The notes under the pieces were generated by a model, which saw nothing but the letters and a program-made list of their open reading frames with translations, did no database searches and was not told the origin of the DNA. A DNA stretch of 64,000 nucleotides from Octopus bimaculoides (Eukaryota): contig NC_068983.1 of NCBI RefSeq assembly GCF_001194135.2, positions 167,941,364-168,005,363 on the forward strand, read 5' to 3'. The position numbers and the translations under genes were made by a program. Shown here piece after piece: positions 39,181 through 51,553 of this stretch (within the stretch, counting starts at the first letter, position 1; every line of letters starts with the position of its first letter).

Positions 39181-41312
39181 ACCTTAGGTTTGGCTTTTGC
39201 TTTGAATTTATACAAGTTGACTCCAATCTCACTCAGAGACCTCAAGAGGCAACAAGTTCAAGTTGGTGTTATGACTAGGATGCCAACAACATGTTGGGCT
39301 ACTGCTGTTCTTTAAGATTTTGGCCTGGTAGCTTCTTGTAGGTGGGCATTGATCTTAGGCTGGTATGATAAACCCAATTATTATTTGAAAACTCACAGCT
39401 TATTTTTCTGGCTATGATTGAAAGTGTCAGCTGACCACAGCCAGCAGACTAAGGTGACACTTGTTTTACTGGTCATGCTTCAAAAACCCTGCCAAGAATT
39501 CTTGCAGTTCTAAGCAATACTGAGTTTTGTAGGTGTTCTACCTTCACACTTGCACCGATCTTTTTGAATCATGTTGGTAGTCGAGTGCTGATACTTCCAA
39601 GTGCACCAATTACTATTGGTATCACATCCACTCTCTTCATTGACCACAATCTTTATATTTCCCATTTCAAATTGTCAGAGTTGTTTATTTTTTTCTTCTT
39701 TCACATTGATCCTGTTGTCGATTATCATATATGTTCTTTCATTTTTATTCACCACAACAGGGTCCGGTTTCCGATGTCTGGTCAGGTGATCACATAGGAT
39801 CATTGCATCCCACAAGATTTTGCAATTTTCATTTTCGGTTATTCCTGGAGTTTTCTCATACCATGTCTTTGCTCTTTGTAGGCTGTGATTCCCACAGAGC
39901 TTCCAATGGATCATTCTTGCCACATTGTCATGGCATCTTTTGTATTCATGTAATGCCAATTTGTGGCAGTCTCTAATAAAGTGCCATACCGTTTCACCCC
40001 TCTCACTACACATTCTGTATTTGTCGCTATCAGTAGTACCTATTCTGCACTTCATATAAATGGTCCTTAACACTTGTTCCTGAGCTGTGCCTATGAGTGC
40101 TTCTGTCTCTATCTTCCGGTCACTCCTCCTCATCCACAGCCACCGGTCCTCTGCATCTGTCCCAGCGTTCACATCTCTTGCAAACTGACCGTACATTTTT
40201 TTTTTTCCTTCCATGCTTTCTCTTTTTTTTTTTTTCTGTTCATGTCTTATTTAAACTTTTCTTTTCGGTCTTGATGACTCTGGCATTCTTTGTGTGTTTC
40301 AACAGTGACTCCACGGCATTTTTTATATTCCACCCTAGGCTGTTTTCCTCTGCTTCGATACAGTCCTGACAACTGATCAAACCTCCCCCACCCTTTCTTC
40401 CGGACAAGTACAGCCTATGGGTGTCACTTTTAGGGTGGAAGGCTCCATGTACTGTCAACCCTTTTCTGGTTTTGGTATCCATTTTCTTCATTTCTCTCTT
40501 TTACCATTTTACAATTCCCACTCCATACCAAAGTATTAACTTCTCACATATTAACTGCTTGGATTTTATTCCATCCACTCAGTTCTGAGCACAACACCAA
40601 CCTCAGTCTTCAGAAATACTCCATCCTCAGTTGCTCTTTCATTTCTTTTTCCATTATCTCGTTGAACTCTAGTACACCAATGTATTTGTATCTTTCTGTT
40701 TCAATTTTGCTTCATCAAGTCTCTGTTCAGTAGTTCTATCCCAGCTAAGAGCTGTACCTTGCCTCTTTTTAAGTAGATTATTCTGCACTTCTGTCTCATC
40801 TTTGCCATACAGTTTCAAATCATTCATGCAAAGGAGGTGGTTGGTTGACTGCGATTTTTCCTTTAGTTGGTACCCCAGGTTCATTTTCCTAAGTACAAAG
40901 GTCGAGAGTATCATGCAGAGAACAAAAAGCAATGGAGATAGGCTATCACCCTGTAAAATTCCTCTTCTGATACCAAGGGTGCCCAAGTTTTTTCCGTAAG
41001 AGGTCAGTTCAGTTTTTTCCATCCCATCATACTTCTCTTCAGGAAACCCGTTACATTCCTTGCAATTCCAAACAGATCTAAGCACTCGATGATCCACGAA
41101 TGTGGAATCATCATAAGTTTTGTGATAGTCAAATCCAGACCATTCTCAGATTTGTTTTCCTTTGTTTATAATCTTGCTTTACCATTTTGTTTATCAATAG
41201 TTGATCTTTGGTACTTCTGCATTTCCGTCTACAGCCTTTTTGTTCGGGCGGTAATATATTGTTCTCATCAAGAAATCTATACAGTTCTTCTGCAATTCCT
41301 CCTGACAGTAAC
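39181..41312 (-). mobile_element. R4/Dong-like non-LTR retrotransposon (RT + restriction-like endonuclease), 5'-truncated, decayed
   Basis: [70 protein letters not shown]....ETVWH....C, HDNVARMIHWKLC, KILWD...RKPD.VVVNK, VIPIVIGALG, LRTARILGRV*. Both ends are flanked by (TAA)n. Confidence 0.88.
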
Positions 41313-41939
41313 TTTATTATTATTATTATAAATAATAATAACCCTATTATTATTATTGTTGTTGTTATATACAGTTAGCACAAATGATAAGTCTTAGATT
41401 TATCATTTGTGCTAAGTTAATGATTTTTTATTCTATTTTGAGTACAATTTCACAAAATTTGATTGTTGTTACAGAGTTAACAAAAGAATACAAATGTTTT
41501 TCACAAGCAAAAAATTTTTTTAATTTCTCCAGTGGAAAAGCCAACTTTCAATATTATTCATGGATGACAGAAAAGACTATATTATTTAGCAATGTAGAGA
41601 GAAATTAGTTTTACTGATCATTCGTTGTAGACACAAAAGAAAGTCTGTGCAGAATACATATAAAATACAGAAGATACCTGTTTATTAGCTCAAAATAGTA
41701 GGCACCATGTTGAAATAAAATTAAAATTGAAAAGCTACAAACATAAAAAATAATAAGGGGAAAACAAAGCATAATATAAACATTCTAAATTTATTTTTCA
41801 GTGTAACAAGCTTTGGTGTGGAACTATTTTTTTAGTTTTATGAAATACACTTCTAATAGTAAGAAATGAATTAATTTCTATGGAAACAAATTCTTTTCTC
41901 AAAGGTTAAGTCTAAGCCAAAATGTAAATTGTTGTAGCT

Positions 41940-42190
41940 CTGGGTAGACCAATGCCTTGTGAGTAGATTTAGTAGGTGGAAACTCTGTGTGTGTGTGTAT
42001 TTGTGTTTGTCTCCCATTGCCACTTGACATCCAGTGTTGGTTTGTTTGGGTTACCATAACCCAGCAGCTCGGCAAGAGAGATCAATAGAATAAGCACAAG
42101 ATTTAAGTACTGAAGTCAATCTGTTCCACTAAACCCTTAAAGGTGGTGCCCCAGTCCAATGATTGAATCCAATTAAAGATAAAAGATATC
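41940..42190 (+). mobile_element. SINE A2 partial copy
   Basis: gtagaccaatgccttgtgagtagatttagtagg...ggcaagagagatcaatagaataag...ggtggtgccccag. Confidence 0.7.
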
Positions 42191-42607
42191 GTAAAATGCC
42201 CAAAACACAACTGTTGATGATCTAAGAATCAAAGACAGTGTAATGCGACAGAATAACTGTCCTAATCATCTGTAATTTAAAACAAAGGAAATAACTTAAA
42301 TTTCACAGATGAATAAAAAAGGAAAATGTTATTCTTATAGAATAAGGCAAGTTTCCTGGCATATACAAATAAGGAATTGCTACAGGATACAACTAAATAC
42401 TTACTAGAGTAATTATATATANNNNNNNNNNTATCTTAGATTTCTCTATATGAATGTTCTTAGTCATCAGATTATCAAAATGAATTAATAAAAAAAATTT
42501 TTTAAACAACATTCCTATTTCCATTCAGGAAACAATTCTGTAAAATAGCTGCAAAGTGTTCAGCTTCCTCTAAATTTCATCAACATCATCATTTTCATAA
42601 ACACTTA

Positions 42608-43531
42608 CAAGGTGGTATCAAAAGGTTCCCAGACTAATTATGTTTGACAAAATACAACCTATTTACCAAAGTATTAACATCATCTTCAAAATAGTCACCT
42701 TGCACTCGTCCCAGTGTTCCTGCCATTTTTGGAATCCAGCCTGAAAGTCATTTTCTGTGAGTTGAGGACTTTCTGTGATTTGCTCTGGATCTCAAAAATG
42801 GTGTTAAAATGGAGACCTTTGAGCTGCGTTTTCATCTTGGGGAAGATCTGGTAAATAGGGCAGGTGTGGAAGCAATCCCATGTTATTTTTGGCTAAAAAA
42901 CTCACAAGTGAGGCAAACTCAGTACAGAGTACATTGTTGTGAAGAATCAAATCCTTTGCACTCCACAGATCCAGTCACTTTCGCTGAATGTCCTCTCACA
43001 AACACTTCAAAACGTCACAATAGAACTCTCAATTGATGGCTGGGNNNNNNNNNNNNNNNNNNNNNNNNNNNNNNNNNNNNNNNNNNNNNNNNGGCAAATT
43101 CTCAATGCACAATACTGCACTTTTCCAGGGGTGAAGCTCGTAGCAGGTCTTCCAGATCACTCATCATCTTCCAGGGACATTCTTCCACTTTTGAAGGCCC
43201 CTGTGCCATTTGAAACATTGTGTACAACCCACTGCCTAGCCACTGTAAGCTTACCAAAGCATGCTCAATGTCTCCATAGCAGACTTGCCAAGTTTAATGC
43301 AAAATTTCACACTGGATCTCTGTTCCTGTCCATGACAAAATCACAAACTACAACATACACACGTGATCAGAAAAACACAAATTTCACAACTTGCAAAGTA
43401 AACACAGCGATATCACTCAGCACACACTGCCTCAATGCAGTCCCTGCTGGCTCTCACTGTGCCTGCAACGGTATGCTGCTATCTGTATCTCTACAACAGA
43501 ACTAGTCTGGAAGCTTTTTAATACCACCTCA
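42608..43531 (-). mobile_element. Mariner DNA transposon, internally deleted, both TIRs and TA TSD present
   Basis: TA|CAAGGTGGTATCAAAAGGTTCCCAGACTAAT at the left. The reverse complement of the right end is TA|TGAGGTGGTATTAAAAAGCTTCCAGACTAGT. Minus-strand remnants include KFCIKLGKSAMETLSML...QCFKWH..DDE.SGRP and a C-terminal GDYFEDD. Confidence 0.9.
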
Positions 43532-43559
43532 TATAATGTCCACTTTGACATGTTTGTAC

Positions 43560-43865
43560 GAGTCAGATTTTCTATGGCCAGACACCCTTACTGTTGCCAA
43601 CCTCCTGTGATCAAGCAAGGTGATATTTTCCCATTCATCGCTTGCATGACAATCATGCTTCTTCACATCCATTGCATGATGTCAAGTATTTGCATGCATG
43701 CACACACGGTAGGATTTTTCAGTTTCCATCTACCAAATTCACTCAGAAGACTTTGATTGGCCTGAAACCATAGCAGAAGACACTTGCCCAGTGAGCCATG
43801 CAATGGGACTGAACCCAAAACCATGTAGTTGAGAAGCAAAACTTCTTAACTATACAACAATGCCT
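43560..43865 (-). mobile_element. SINE A1 copy
   Basis: tttccatctaccaaattcactc...gacacttgccc...gggactgaaccc. Confidence 0.75.
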
Positions 43866-44149
43866 TTAACTTTGAATGCAGAAATTCTCAGACTAGCTAA
43901 ACATTAATGCAATTAGTATATATAGAGAGAGAACAGAGAGAAAGGAATGGAGAGAACGGGGAGGGCAGGGAGGGCAGGGAGAGAGAGAGAGAGAGATGAG
44001 GTATACCCAAGGTTTTTGCAGTAGAGAACAAAACTGAGAAATTCCCTCTTCACAACAACACAATTACAGGTAACATTTTATATTGTTTAGCTCAAGTCTA
44101 CAGAAAGGATGAGATATGAAAAACTCATAATAGCATCCCAGTTTCTCTC

Positions 44150-44312
44150 TCTCATCATCATCATCATCATCATCGTTTAACGTCCGCTTTCCATGCTAGC
44201 ATGGGTTGGACGATTTGACTGAGGACTGGTGAAACCGGATGGCAACACCAGGCTCCAGTCTGATTTGGCAGAGTTTCTACAGCTGGATGCCCTTCCTAAC
44301 GCCAACCACTCA
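44150..44312 (-). mobile_element. Young RTE-tail fragment
   Basis: (CAT)n gtttaacgtccgctttccatgctagcatgggttggacg... Further copies at ~10595, 24100, 25370(+), 34300, 55015(+) and 59180(+). Confidence 0.85.
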
Positions 44313-44819
44313 GATATTCAACCACACAAATATTCAAACCAACTAATTGAAGACACATACTGATAGCTTGATAACTAAAGTAACAGGAAATTATCAATTG
44401 CTCATGAATAGATCAGCAATCTTGCAGTACCAAACTGCAGCAAACTCAACTTAGCTTCTTTCTTAAATAATGAGAGTGCATTTCTGATGCAAATTTGATA
44501 GCCAAATGAATGTATTCTATTTACGTTTAGCTAACCTCATTTTCCCATTTGTACAGCTAATCAAAGGGTTCCAATGAGAAACCAAAAGAATAAAACTATT
44601 TAATATATAGCACAGCTAGAAACGGCCATGGCAGCTGACAGTAGCTAAAGGCAGTTGTGGTTGCCAAGAGACATCATATAGAAGATTTCTGCAGGGAAAG
44701 GTTAACTGACCCATCACACTCAGGTAAAGCAGACAAGCTAAGGCACAAATCACTTGTTATCCTGAGATACTGAAGAATTAAATAAACAGATTATTAAGGC
44801 AGAACATCTGCAGCAGGAT

Positions 44820-44970
44820 ACACTTGCTGTTACCAACCTTCAGCTGATTCCAAAGAAGGTAATATTTCACCATGGCCAAACATGTTTTCATAGAATATTA
44901 AAAATGAATGACAGTGTATGACAGTTACAATCATTTACAGTTATCATGCATTGTCTACACAAGTAAAGAT

Positions 44971-45061
<91 letters not shown>

Positions 45062-45215
45062 GGGCTTCTTTCAGTTTCTGTCAATCAAATCTGCTCACAA
45101 AGCTTTGCTCAACCCAGGGCTATAATAAAAGACATTTGCTGCACAAGGTGCCATGTAGTGAGACTGAACCTCAAACCATGTTGTTGGAAAGCAGGCTTCT
45201 TGACGGCACAGTCAC
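44820..45215 (-). mobile_element. SINE A1 copy with long (CA)n
   Basis: Same family motifs, with a (CA)n run at ~44975-45058. Confidence 0.8.
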
Positions 45216-45544
45216 CCCTCTTTCCATTAAAGATACAGATTTCCATTAGAGCTTTCACCAACCACCAAGAGAAAGACCTTGCAACATTTTTGAAAAGGTT
45301 CTTGCAGTTTCTGTTTAGAGCAATATCTTTTATGTTTATTTCACCTGCCCATATATGGTCAAATACTTTATAGGATAACAGTATTTATTACAGCCACAAT
45401 AGTATAAAAAAAAGTGAAACAAAAGAAAAAATCCTTTCCTTAAATGCGAGACCTGTTAAAGGAGATCTATAATTTAAGACAATCTAGATATGACTGGTCC
45501 ATCTTTTTGCTCTCGTCAAGATAAGGAGCCACAAACACACACAT

Positions 45545-46150
45545 ATGCACAAACATGAACGCACAGTCAAGACCCAGGAAGAAATGGGATGAGGTGGTGA
45601 TGCATAATCTTTGAATGTTGGGCCTCACAGAGGTAACGATAAGTGACCGAGACATTTGGCGAAATGTTGTGCTTGAAAAGACCCATCAAGCCAAGTGAAA
45701 TCAGTTGTAGCCATTAGTAGTGTCATGTAAATGGGCCCCTTGAAATTGTAATCATGGCTGTTACCAGTAGCATGATCTTGAAATGTTGAGCCTCACGGAG
45801 GCAAGGGATGAGGTGGTGAAGCATGATCTTTGAATGTTGGGCTTCACAGAAGTGATGACGAGTGACCGAGACCGTGGCGATATGCAGTGCTTGAGAAGAC
45901 TTGTCAAGCCAAACGAAACCAGTCATGACCATTAGCAGTGTCATGTAAATGGCACCAGTGAAATCGTAGTCACGGCTGTAGCCAGTGTCATGCAAATGGC
46001 ACCTGTGCTGGTGGCACATAAAAAAACACTCATTACGCTCTGAGTGGTTGGCATTAGGAAAGGCATCCAACTGTAGAAACCATGCCAAATCAGACTGGAA
46101 CCTGGTGCAACTCTCTGGATTACCAGTTCCAGTTAAACTGTGTCTAACTG
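45545..46150 (+). mobile_element. RTE 3'-end fragment with tandemly re-copied ORF terminus
   Basis: Two to three successive copies of the ..gatgaggtggtgaagcatgatc..ttgggcctcacagagg.. segment, followed by the ggcattaggaaaggcatcc core. Confidence 0.75.
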
Positions 46151-46393
46151 CTGGCATGGGTTGAATGGTTTGACATGGAGCTGGCCAACTGGGAAGCTGT
46201 TCAGGTTTCAATTGTCTGTTGTGGCATGGCTTCTACAACTGGATGCCCTTCCAAATGCCAACCACTTTACAAAAGTGTGTTGGGTGCTTTTTGCATGCAA
46301 CACTGCCACAGATGTATCTTATGTGACACTGGCACCTGCAAAGCACAAGCTTGTATGTGTGGATGGCATATTACCACAACCCCCAGTCCTTTG

Positions 46394-46472
<79 letters not shown>

Positions 46473-47084
46473 CTTCTTTCAGTTCCATCTACAAAATCTA
46501 TTTATGAGGCTTTGGTCAATCAGGGGCTATAGGAGAAGATACCTGCCCAAGCTGCCACATAGTGGAACTGAACCCTGAAGTTGGAAAGCAAACTTAACTA
46601 CACAGCTCCAAAATTAAATACCAAATTCTGACTACCTCCTTTTTCTGAATATATAAAACTTCTGCACTTCAAATAATGTGTGTGTGTGTGTGTGTGTGTG
46701 TGACACCTCTTCACCACATTCATTGTCTCTTTTCAGCTATTCCCATCTCATCTTATATAATGCAGGGTGGCCAAGTGTCTCCCCTATGGCAAGATACCTG
46801 TTCTTCTATTGTACTTTAGCTTCCCTTAAAACTACATCCCCACACAGTTGAAAAGGTGGGTCCTGTCTTGTGAGTTACTTGGCAACCTAAGTTGTGCTGG
46901 TGCCTCCAAAAGAGAAGAATATGCATCCAGTACACACTGTAAAATGGTTGGCATTAAGAAAGTTATCCAATCACAGACAGCATAGCAAAACACAGACTGT
47001 GACATAGTTCTTGGGCCTGTTGGAATCTGTCAAACAGTGCAACTCATGCTAACATGGACAGTAGATGTTAAATGACCAGGACTA

Positions 47085-47119
<35 letters not shown>

Positions 47120-47125
<6 letters not shown>

Positions 47126-47330
47126 TTCACTTGTTTCAGTCATTGGATAGCAACCATGTTGAGGCAATGCCTTGAAGGATTTTAGTCAAAACAGTACTTA
47201 TTTTTTAAGTCTAGTACTTATTCTATCAGTCTCTATAGTAGAAGACTTGTTCAAGGTGCTGCACAGTGGGACTGAACCTGAAACAATGTGGTTGCAAAAT
47301 GAGCTTCTTAATCACAAATCCATACCTGCA
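47120..47330 (-). mobile_element. SINE A2 deleted copy
   Basis: cacttgtttcagtcattgg tail joined to the caaggtgctgcacagtgggactgaacc head. Confidence 0.7.
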
Positions 47331-47397
47331 CCTATGATTATATATATTTATCAAAACATTCTTCTATAAACAAACTATATCTGGTAATAGATGTATG

Positions 47398-47445
<48 letters not shown>

Positions 47446-49769
47446 ATGGTTGAGGAAAATACTTCAAGAGAAGCAAATAATAATAGAAAACTTGATTGTG
47501 TAGAGAAGACAAATAACAGTATTTTTGAAGGGAGCTATTTTTGTTATTCTCAACAAGGTTAACCATATCCAGCAGTTTGATGATTACCAATAACTGCCTG
47601 TTAGACAAGATAGTATATAACACTGTCTCTGCAGCTGGGAAAACTGTGACAGAAAAAGAAGAAAAACAAAAAGAGGTGGAGAGAAACAAATGCAAATTGC
47701 AGCGCAGTGCATTTTACATGACACTCAAATAAGAATGGTTCATCAAGTAGACTGAGCGAAAGAGAAAGAAAGCAAGATTACAACTGTTGCTATCGTAGCA
47801 ATACAAAAGCCTGTTACCAAGGAGAATAGCTGCAAGCTGGCTGACGTACAGCCTGGAGTATTGATGAGGTGTAAACAATCTAATGTCCTCATAAAAGAGT
47901 TGACATATCATCTAGGAATGAATGGGAGATCCTATAAATTTCAGGAATGCATTGTTAATATTACATCTTCAATTCCAACAACTCGGAATTTTATTAAACA
48001 CAAGATTTTTAGAGACAATGTTCCACCACAAGAAAATTCATTATCCTTTTGTATCAATCTGCCCAACTTATACTGATTCTTTAGAAACAACTTAACATTG
48101 TATATAAAGAAAAAAAAAAAACTTTTTTAATAGAATAAGACACGCTTGAGTGACAACTTATTCTGCTGAAGCTAATTCTATAGAAAGTTTTAAACAATTG
48201 CGGCTGGAGATTGTGAGACAAATGTGAAGAATTTCTCATAGAATCTTAGCAAACATAGTATAACAAACACCAGTATATTACCATTTGGAAACTAAACCCT
48301 ACGGTAACCAGGAATATTCTTTAGTTTACAATTGTAAAAGAAAACCCTGACAGGATCTTTTATATGAAATCAGTTTGAAAATTATTGTTTCGTGTCCCAG
48401 TACATGACATCTTGGGATGACCAAAATCTTGTGAGTGTATTTGGTAGACAGATATCGAAATAAGTCCATCATGTGTATGTGTGTCTGTGAGTGTGTGTGT
48501 GTGTGTGTGCGCGCGCACACACACACACACACACTCAGACATTGTCATGACATTATAGGATAATTATGAGTGCCACTGTCATAAGAGCAGTGTCATTTGT
48601 TTCCAACTTTCCATGAAAACTTAATGGGAAATATTTTGTTGTTTGGAAACAAAAATGGATTGGTGACAAGGACATCCAACTGTAGAAAACCTGTCTTAAT
48701 AAATTCTGTCTGACCCTTGCAAGCGGGGAAAAGTGGATAATAAAACAAGGATAATTATGTCTAAGAAAATCAAAAAAAGGAATCAGAGCCAGTAAAGACG
48801 AAGGTAAACAATTGATGCATTGAATTATGGGTAGCCTGCATTGATTTCTACAAATTCACTAATTATATTAGGGTTTAACTCACAACCTGAAAAATATTGT
48901 AATCGGTAGAACTGTATGCAAGTCTTATTTCATGAAGACAATTCGTGTATAGTTCTGCAAATTATATTGATTCTAGAACGGTTGTGCTGATGAGAACTCT
49001 NNNNNNNNNNNNNNNNNNNNNNNNNNNNNNNNNNNNNNNNNNNNNNNNNNNNNNNNNNNNNNNNNNNNNNNNNNNNNNNNNNNNNNNNNNNNNNNNNNNN
49101 NNNNNNNNNNNNNNNNNNNNNNNNNNNNNNNNNNNNNNNNNNNNNTTGTAATCGGTAGAACTGTATGCAAGTCTTATTTCATGAAGACAATTCGTGTATA
49201 GTTCTGCAAATTATATTGATTCTAGAACGGTTGTGCTGATGAGAACTCTGATGTTGTTACCTAAGTAAAACTTTAATGTTCGAAACCACGGTACACAACT
49301 CATTATTTTGTATATTTCTCATTTTGTCTTGTTTTGGTGTTTAGCAAAGTTTTTTCTGGAGAACATTATTTTTCTTTGTGGTTGGGTCGTTGATGACCTC
49401 TTTCTAGCATATTGGATGTCCACCTAGTGGTCATCCGTTATACACGTGTGATACAATTTTTTCTGAATTTTCAGATTTTTTTATATGCTAGGATACTTGG
49501 TTTTAAATTGAATTAATATTCAATTTATCACCCTATATATATATATATATAAATAATGATTTTAATAGCTATGTTCTCCAGCCGGCAACATATACCCATA
49601 TATATATATATACATATATAAATACATATATACCCATACGTATACAACCATATATATATATATACACACACACACACATATATATACCCATACATATACA
49701 CTCCTACATATACACATATATACTCATATATATATATATATATATATATGCTCATACATATATATACTG

Positions 49770-50470
49770 AAATCTAGGTTTATGCATGGCACTTGTAGAA
49801 ACACATCTCAGACCTGATGTAGGGAATGTAGAAATACAAATACCACAATGTGTTGTGATATGCTCAGACAGAAAGGAGAGGAGCCATGATGGAGTTGCTT
49901 TGCACATCCGAGAGGACCTCATACTCCAGGTCCTTCTGTCATATTCAAATTTGGTTTGTGACACTCAAATTGTACACATAAGACAATTCTGCTATATGTA
50001 CTACACATTGCCCACCAGATGCTCTCAGTCATACAGGCAAGTTTGAAAGCTGCCTAGCAAAGATAAGAGAAGTTCTCACGAAACTGGAACAACACATCAG
50101 TGCATTCCTTTTGGGTGACTTTAACTTCCCCAATGTAGGATGGCTTGGGGGCCAGATTCTCCCAGGAATGACACACCACCAACAAGCCCTAGCGGAGTCC
50201 CTGCTCCACATTACCTATGCTTCTTTCATGAAGGGAGCAAATTGTGCTACAACCATCCAGAGCAAATAATATACTGAGTCTCTGCTTCACAAACAATATG
50301 GACATATCCATAATGTTAAAGTGACACTGATGCTGATCTCGGATCACAACATAATAGAACTATGGTCTATGTATGGACCAAAAGCTCCTGCAGACATACA
50401 GCCTATACAGGGCACCCAAAATCCCTCCAAACTAAATTTTTCATAAAAAATCTGCCTCAACGAATTCTAT
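49770..50470 (+). mobile_element. CR1-like LINE apurinic endonuclease fragment
   Basis: ALVETHLRPDVGNVEIQIP...SDRKERSHDGVALHIREDL; AFLLGDFNFPNVGW; ISDHNIIEL. These are APE motifs, similar to the 57500-57700 segment. Confidence 0.75.
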
Positions 50471-50659
50471 CAGGCACAAAGCCTGACATTTTGGGTGAAA
50501 GGGCTAGTTGGTTACTTCACTCAATATTCAACTGGTTCTTATTTTTATCAACCCCAAAAGTATGAAAGGCAAAGGTAATCTTGCTGGAATCTATGTATGA
50601 ATGAAATTCCAAGTGGTTTGTCAGGCGTGCTAATAATTCTGCTAGCCCCACCACTTTCT

Positions 50660-50890
50660 TTATGACAATAATATTGGTTTCGAATTTTGCCAGTGGGTCA
50701 GCAACTTTGGTGGAGGGGGTAAGTCAATTATAACAACCTCAGTGCTCAACTGGTACCTATTTGATCAACTCTGAGAGTATGAAAGGCAAAGTCGACCCCA
50801 GTGGCATTTGAACTCAGAACAAAGTCAGACAAAATGCTGCTAAGCATTTTGCTCGGTGCAGTAACAATTTTACCAGCTCACTGGCTTCTT
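50660..50890 (-). mobile_element. SINE family B copy
   Basis: gaaaggcaaagtcgacc...tttgaactcagaac...gctaagcattt (reverse complement of family B). Confidence 0.8.
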
Positions 50891-51553
50891 TATGATAATA
50901 ATATTAACTGATAAGATACTAATCTATTTTTAGCCTCATGGGAGGAGGAGGAGTTATCTTACTCTGATTTGACATTCACAATGGCCACTAACCAATAATT
51001 AATCTGATACTTCTAATTATTAGGCTATGAATGTCATATCTATGGTCCTACATTGAAATAAATTACATACTACTAATCCTAATTACCTCACTGGCAAAAA
51101 CTCTAAGCCAATTCCATGGTTTGACCTACAAGTTTTAAACTGTTCTAATTGGCCTTTCTTAACTCCTACATTAGATACAATTCATTGCACTAATACACCT
51201 GTTTTATTTATATATTTTTATATATTTTCTTCTTACTCTTTTTCTTTACTGCTGATGGCTTCTGAATTAAACTGCAGATCATTCTATCTTCTTGACTGCC
51301 TTAGGAACAGAAACCAAAAGGCATATATCTTGCCCATTACATTATTATTGTTATTGTTGTTATTATTATTATCATTTTTGAAAACTAACATCATATTAAT
51401 GCCTGCCTTTCCATGCTTGCAAGGATCAGATGATGGAATTTGTTGAAGCAAATTTTCTATAACCAAATGCTCTTCCTATTACCAACCCCCACTTGTTTGT
51501 AAGCAAGGTAATATTTCCCCATGGCCAGACATGTTTTTGCAGAATATTGGAAA

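Noticed and set aside
48896-49250. ~105-nt direct repeat on both sides of an N gap
   Set aside because: Identical sequence flanking a gap is typical of unmerged contig overlap, so probably an assembly artefact.
50940-51200. Possible mitochondrial insertion (NUMT)
   Set aside because: AT-rich with Leu/Ile-rich frames, but I could not match it to any mitochondrial protein or RNA motif.
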